From the NCBI RefSeq assembly GCF_006345805.1, contig NC_042998.1, positions 79,546,001-79,610,000 of the forward strand: a DNA stretch of 64,000 nt. The letters run 5' to 3'. The notes beneath the pieces are model-generated. The model was not told where the DNA came from. It saw only the letters and a list, made by a program, of their open reading frames with translations, and made no database searches. Both the position numbers and the translations under genes were made by a program. The DNA is from Octopus sinensis (Eukaryota). Shown piece by piece: positions 61,400 through 64,000 of this stretch (positions are counted from its first letter, which is position 1; the number at the start of each line of letters is the position of its first letter).

Positions 61400-63000
61400 T
61401 GTTTGGGGTGTGGCTGCTTCCGTCATCTCTCTTGTGTCGGCTTGACACGACGGACCTCAAATGCGCTCTCAGCTGCCTCTTTCTCTCGGCTGCGGTCATC
61501 TGCAACACTCTCAGGCAAGACAGCATGCATGCTCGAAGCCCAACCCTCACTGGTCAACATCTACCAGTTTGGGAAGCTTTGGTAGATCCACCCACGTCGC
61601 CAGAAACTTCTCCAATCACTGTCCTTCCGAGCTGGCACTGAATGATTCTAAGCACCTTATTATTAAGCTTGACATTTAAGGCGGCGAGCGGGCAGAAAAG
61701 TTAGCACGCCGGGCGAAATGCTTAGCGGTATTTCGTCTGCCGTTACGTTGTGAGTTCAAATTCCGCCGAGGTCGACTTTGCCTTTCATCCTTTCGGGGTC
61801 GATAAATTAAGTACCAGTTAAGCACTGGGGTCGATATAATCGACTTAATACCTATGTCTGTCCATGTTTGTCTCCTCTATGTTCAGCCCCTTGTGGGTAA
61901 TAAAGAAATAGGTATTTCGTCTGCCGTTACGTTCTGAGTTCAAATTCCGCCGAGTTCGACTTTGCCTTTCATCCTTTCGTGGTCGATTAAAATAAGTACC
62001 AGTTACGGACTGGGGTCGATATAACCGACTTAATCCGTTTGTCTGTCCTTGTTTGTCCTCTCTGTGTTTAGCTCCTTCTGGGTAGTAAAGAAATAGGTAT
62101 TTCGTCTGCAGCTATGTTCTGAGCTCAGATTCCGCCAAGGTTGATTTTGCCTTTCATCCTTTCGGGGTTGATAAATTGACTACCAGTCAAATACTGGGGT
62201 TGATGTAATCGATTTGCCCCCTCCCACAAAATTTCAGGTCTTGTGCCTACAGTAGAAAGGATTATTAAGCTTGACATGAAAAATACCTTCGAATGTCTGC
62301 GTCGCGACCACTTTCTCAAAGCCAACTCCATCTACCTACCTGCTGGCTTACTTGTCACACGTATCTCCAAGCATGCTTCTAACTACGGACAAGATTATAC
62401 CGTCTTTGATTGGTGTCCAACAGAGCGATCCATTCGACTCCCTCTTCTTCATTCTCAGGGTGGACAGCGTTGTTCGTAGCATTGTAACTCCTCTCAGCGT
62501 TTGGTACCTGGACGATGCAATGAGAGTGCCTGCATGATTTTCAACCAGTTGTTCCTGCTCAGGCGAGGATCAGCCTAGTGATGAACTCATTCATATTGTA
62601 GATGGCTTCACAGCCTTCATCTTGGAGGAGTGATCATTACTCCACCAGATGCAAGTGGCCTCGAAAGAACCTTGATTTGTTGATCCTATCCTACCATTTG
62701 CTCTACGCTCAGGTCCAGGCTATGCCAGTTCGAAACTCTGACAAACAGACTGAACCTGATCGGGAACTGCTCTCAGTGAGATCATAAACCATGGCCTAGA
62801 CACTGCAGGCTTCCCCTCCCAGCTCGAGCCAGCAGAGCTAGGGAGTGGGGTCGATAAAAAGCCTGATGGCATGACAGTTTTCACGTTCCACGGTGGTAGG
62901 GCCCCGTCATCTAGGATGTCATATACTGCGACACCTTTTCCAGCGGCAAACTGGTTGTGTTCGGCTGCCAGTCCAGGCTTCGCTACGAGTCAATTGTAGA
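61400..63000 (+). mobile_element. CRE-like non-LTR retrotransposon relic interrupted by a SINE trimer
   Basis: IIKLDMKNTF, VWYLDDA and EPAELG...KKPDGMTVF; the IIKLD codons are duplicated as the SINE TSD. Confidence 0.7.
61676..62260 (+). mobile_element. Trimeric SINE with two different 3' tails, inside one 17-bp TSD
   Basis: One head and three ggtatttcgtctg...gagttcaaattccgccgagg bodies; TSD attattaagcttgacat at 61659-61675 and 62261-62277. Confidence 0.85.
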
Positions 63001-63238
63001 ATAGAGTTACATTACAACTAAATATATCGCGTAATATCAGAAATGTGTTAAAAATTGTTTGGTATGTGTCACGGTGCTTTTCTTTTATGGGCTATACTTC
63101 TGGTTCCAGTTATTCTTCCACCCTATTTAACAAGTAGGTCACGAGATCAAATAAAACAATTAGCGCCAGAAACAAATATGCAAATAAAATATTTGTTCAA
63201 GGGAGATTACTCTCGATTATATTTTGATCACGTTATAA

Positions 63239-63600
63239 ATGATGGCGACTGCGGCAAGGATGTGTGGGCTGTATTTGTTGTTTCTACTCTCTCTTCTTTT
63301 ACAACAAACTGATGCCGAATATCAACCTAACTGGGAATCTCTTGATAAAAGAATTATTCCTTCATGGTACGACGAGGCGAAGTTTGGTATATTTCTTCAC
63401 TGGGGCGTTTTCTCCGTACCGAGCTATGGTTCCGAGTGGTTTTGGTGGTACTGGAAAGGAAGTAAAAACCCTTATTATGTTGATTTTATGAACAAGAATT
63501 ATCCTCCTGACTTTACTTATGCAGATTTTGCGCCGAAATTTACCACGGAATTTTTCAATGCTAAAGAATGGGCAAACTTATTTGAAGCTGCTGGAGCCAA
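63239..63600 (+). CDS. FUCA: Alpha-L-fucosidase (GH29) exon 1; the gene continues beyond the window
   Basis: Signal peptide, then [59 protein letters not shown]; phase-2 donor AA|GTATTT. Confidence 0.95.
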
Positions 63601-64000
63601 GTATTTTTTTCTCTTTTCTGCACTCCAAATCTCACTTGCTTATTACTGTTGTAAATGTACACTTTAAAAAAATCTATATAAATCATTTGGCTTCATTCCT
63701 TGCTGTATACAGTCTATCACGTTATAACATGTTTGGTCATAAGCTGAATGAATTTTTATAGATGAATTGCTTGTTTAGCCTATAGCCTTACTGTCATTTG
63801 TGGAATACTACATCATGAAATAGATCAGATATAGAGTCTCTCATATACTTAGGAGTTATAGAGGCAATCTTCCATTGGTTTGGAAAAGCAGCTCCAGTAA
63901 AGCACAAGGGAAATAGGGATCACAGGGGTATTCAGGTGGGAATTTGATCAGGGAAGATGTCTTTATTGGTTCTGAGGTCCCACACCCAATGATCATGATT

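Overview
AT-rich, repeat-dense animal genomic DNA. It is most likely from an octopus or other coleoid cephalopod, inferred from the tRNA-derived SINE families, RTE tails ending in (GAT)n and long (TA)n arrays. Host genes: (1) a four-coding-exon Bak-like Bcl-2 family gene on + (38742-48959, 176 aa; BH3 LAEIGD, divergent BH1 NLGR, BH2 WIHNQGGW, C-terminal TM anchor); (2) exon 1 of an alpha-L-fucosidase (63239-63600, +); (3) tentatively, two small 5' exons of an unidentified minus-strand gene (9659-9686, 5194-5237). The rest is mostly transposon-derived: RTE, CR1, CRE-like and Penelope-like retroelement relics, two Helitrons, two Tc1 elements (DD34E and DD36E), a Merlin/IS1595-like transposase relic, MITEs, many SINEs, a 1.5 kb local duplication, and a ~1.6 kb-unit tandem array carrying canonical CCAAT/TATA promoters. 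Most notable: an intact ORF1-only (gag-like) retroposon with a 17-bp TSD that shares its 3' tail with a local SINE and sits at the predicted start site of an array promoter; a type I hammerhead ribozyme with a compensated U3-A8 core; a duplicated half-exon in the Bak-like gene that could give N-Bak-like or BH1-less isoforms; and an intron-exon duplex covering a 5' splice site. All family assignments come from motif recognition by eye; no database searches were run.
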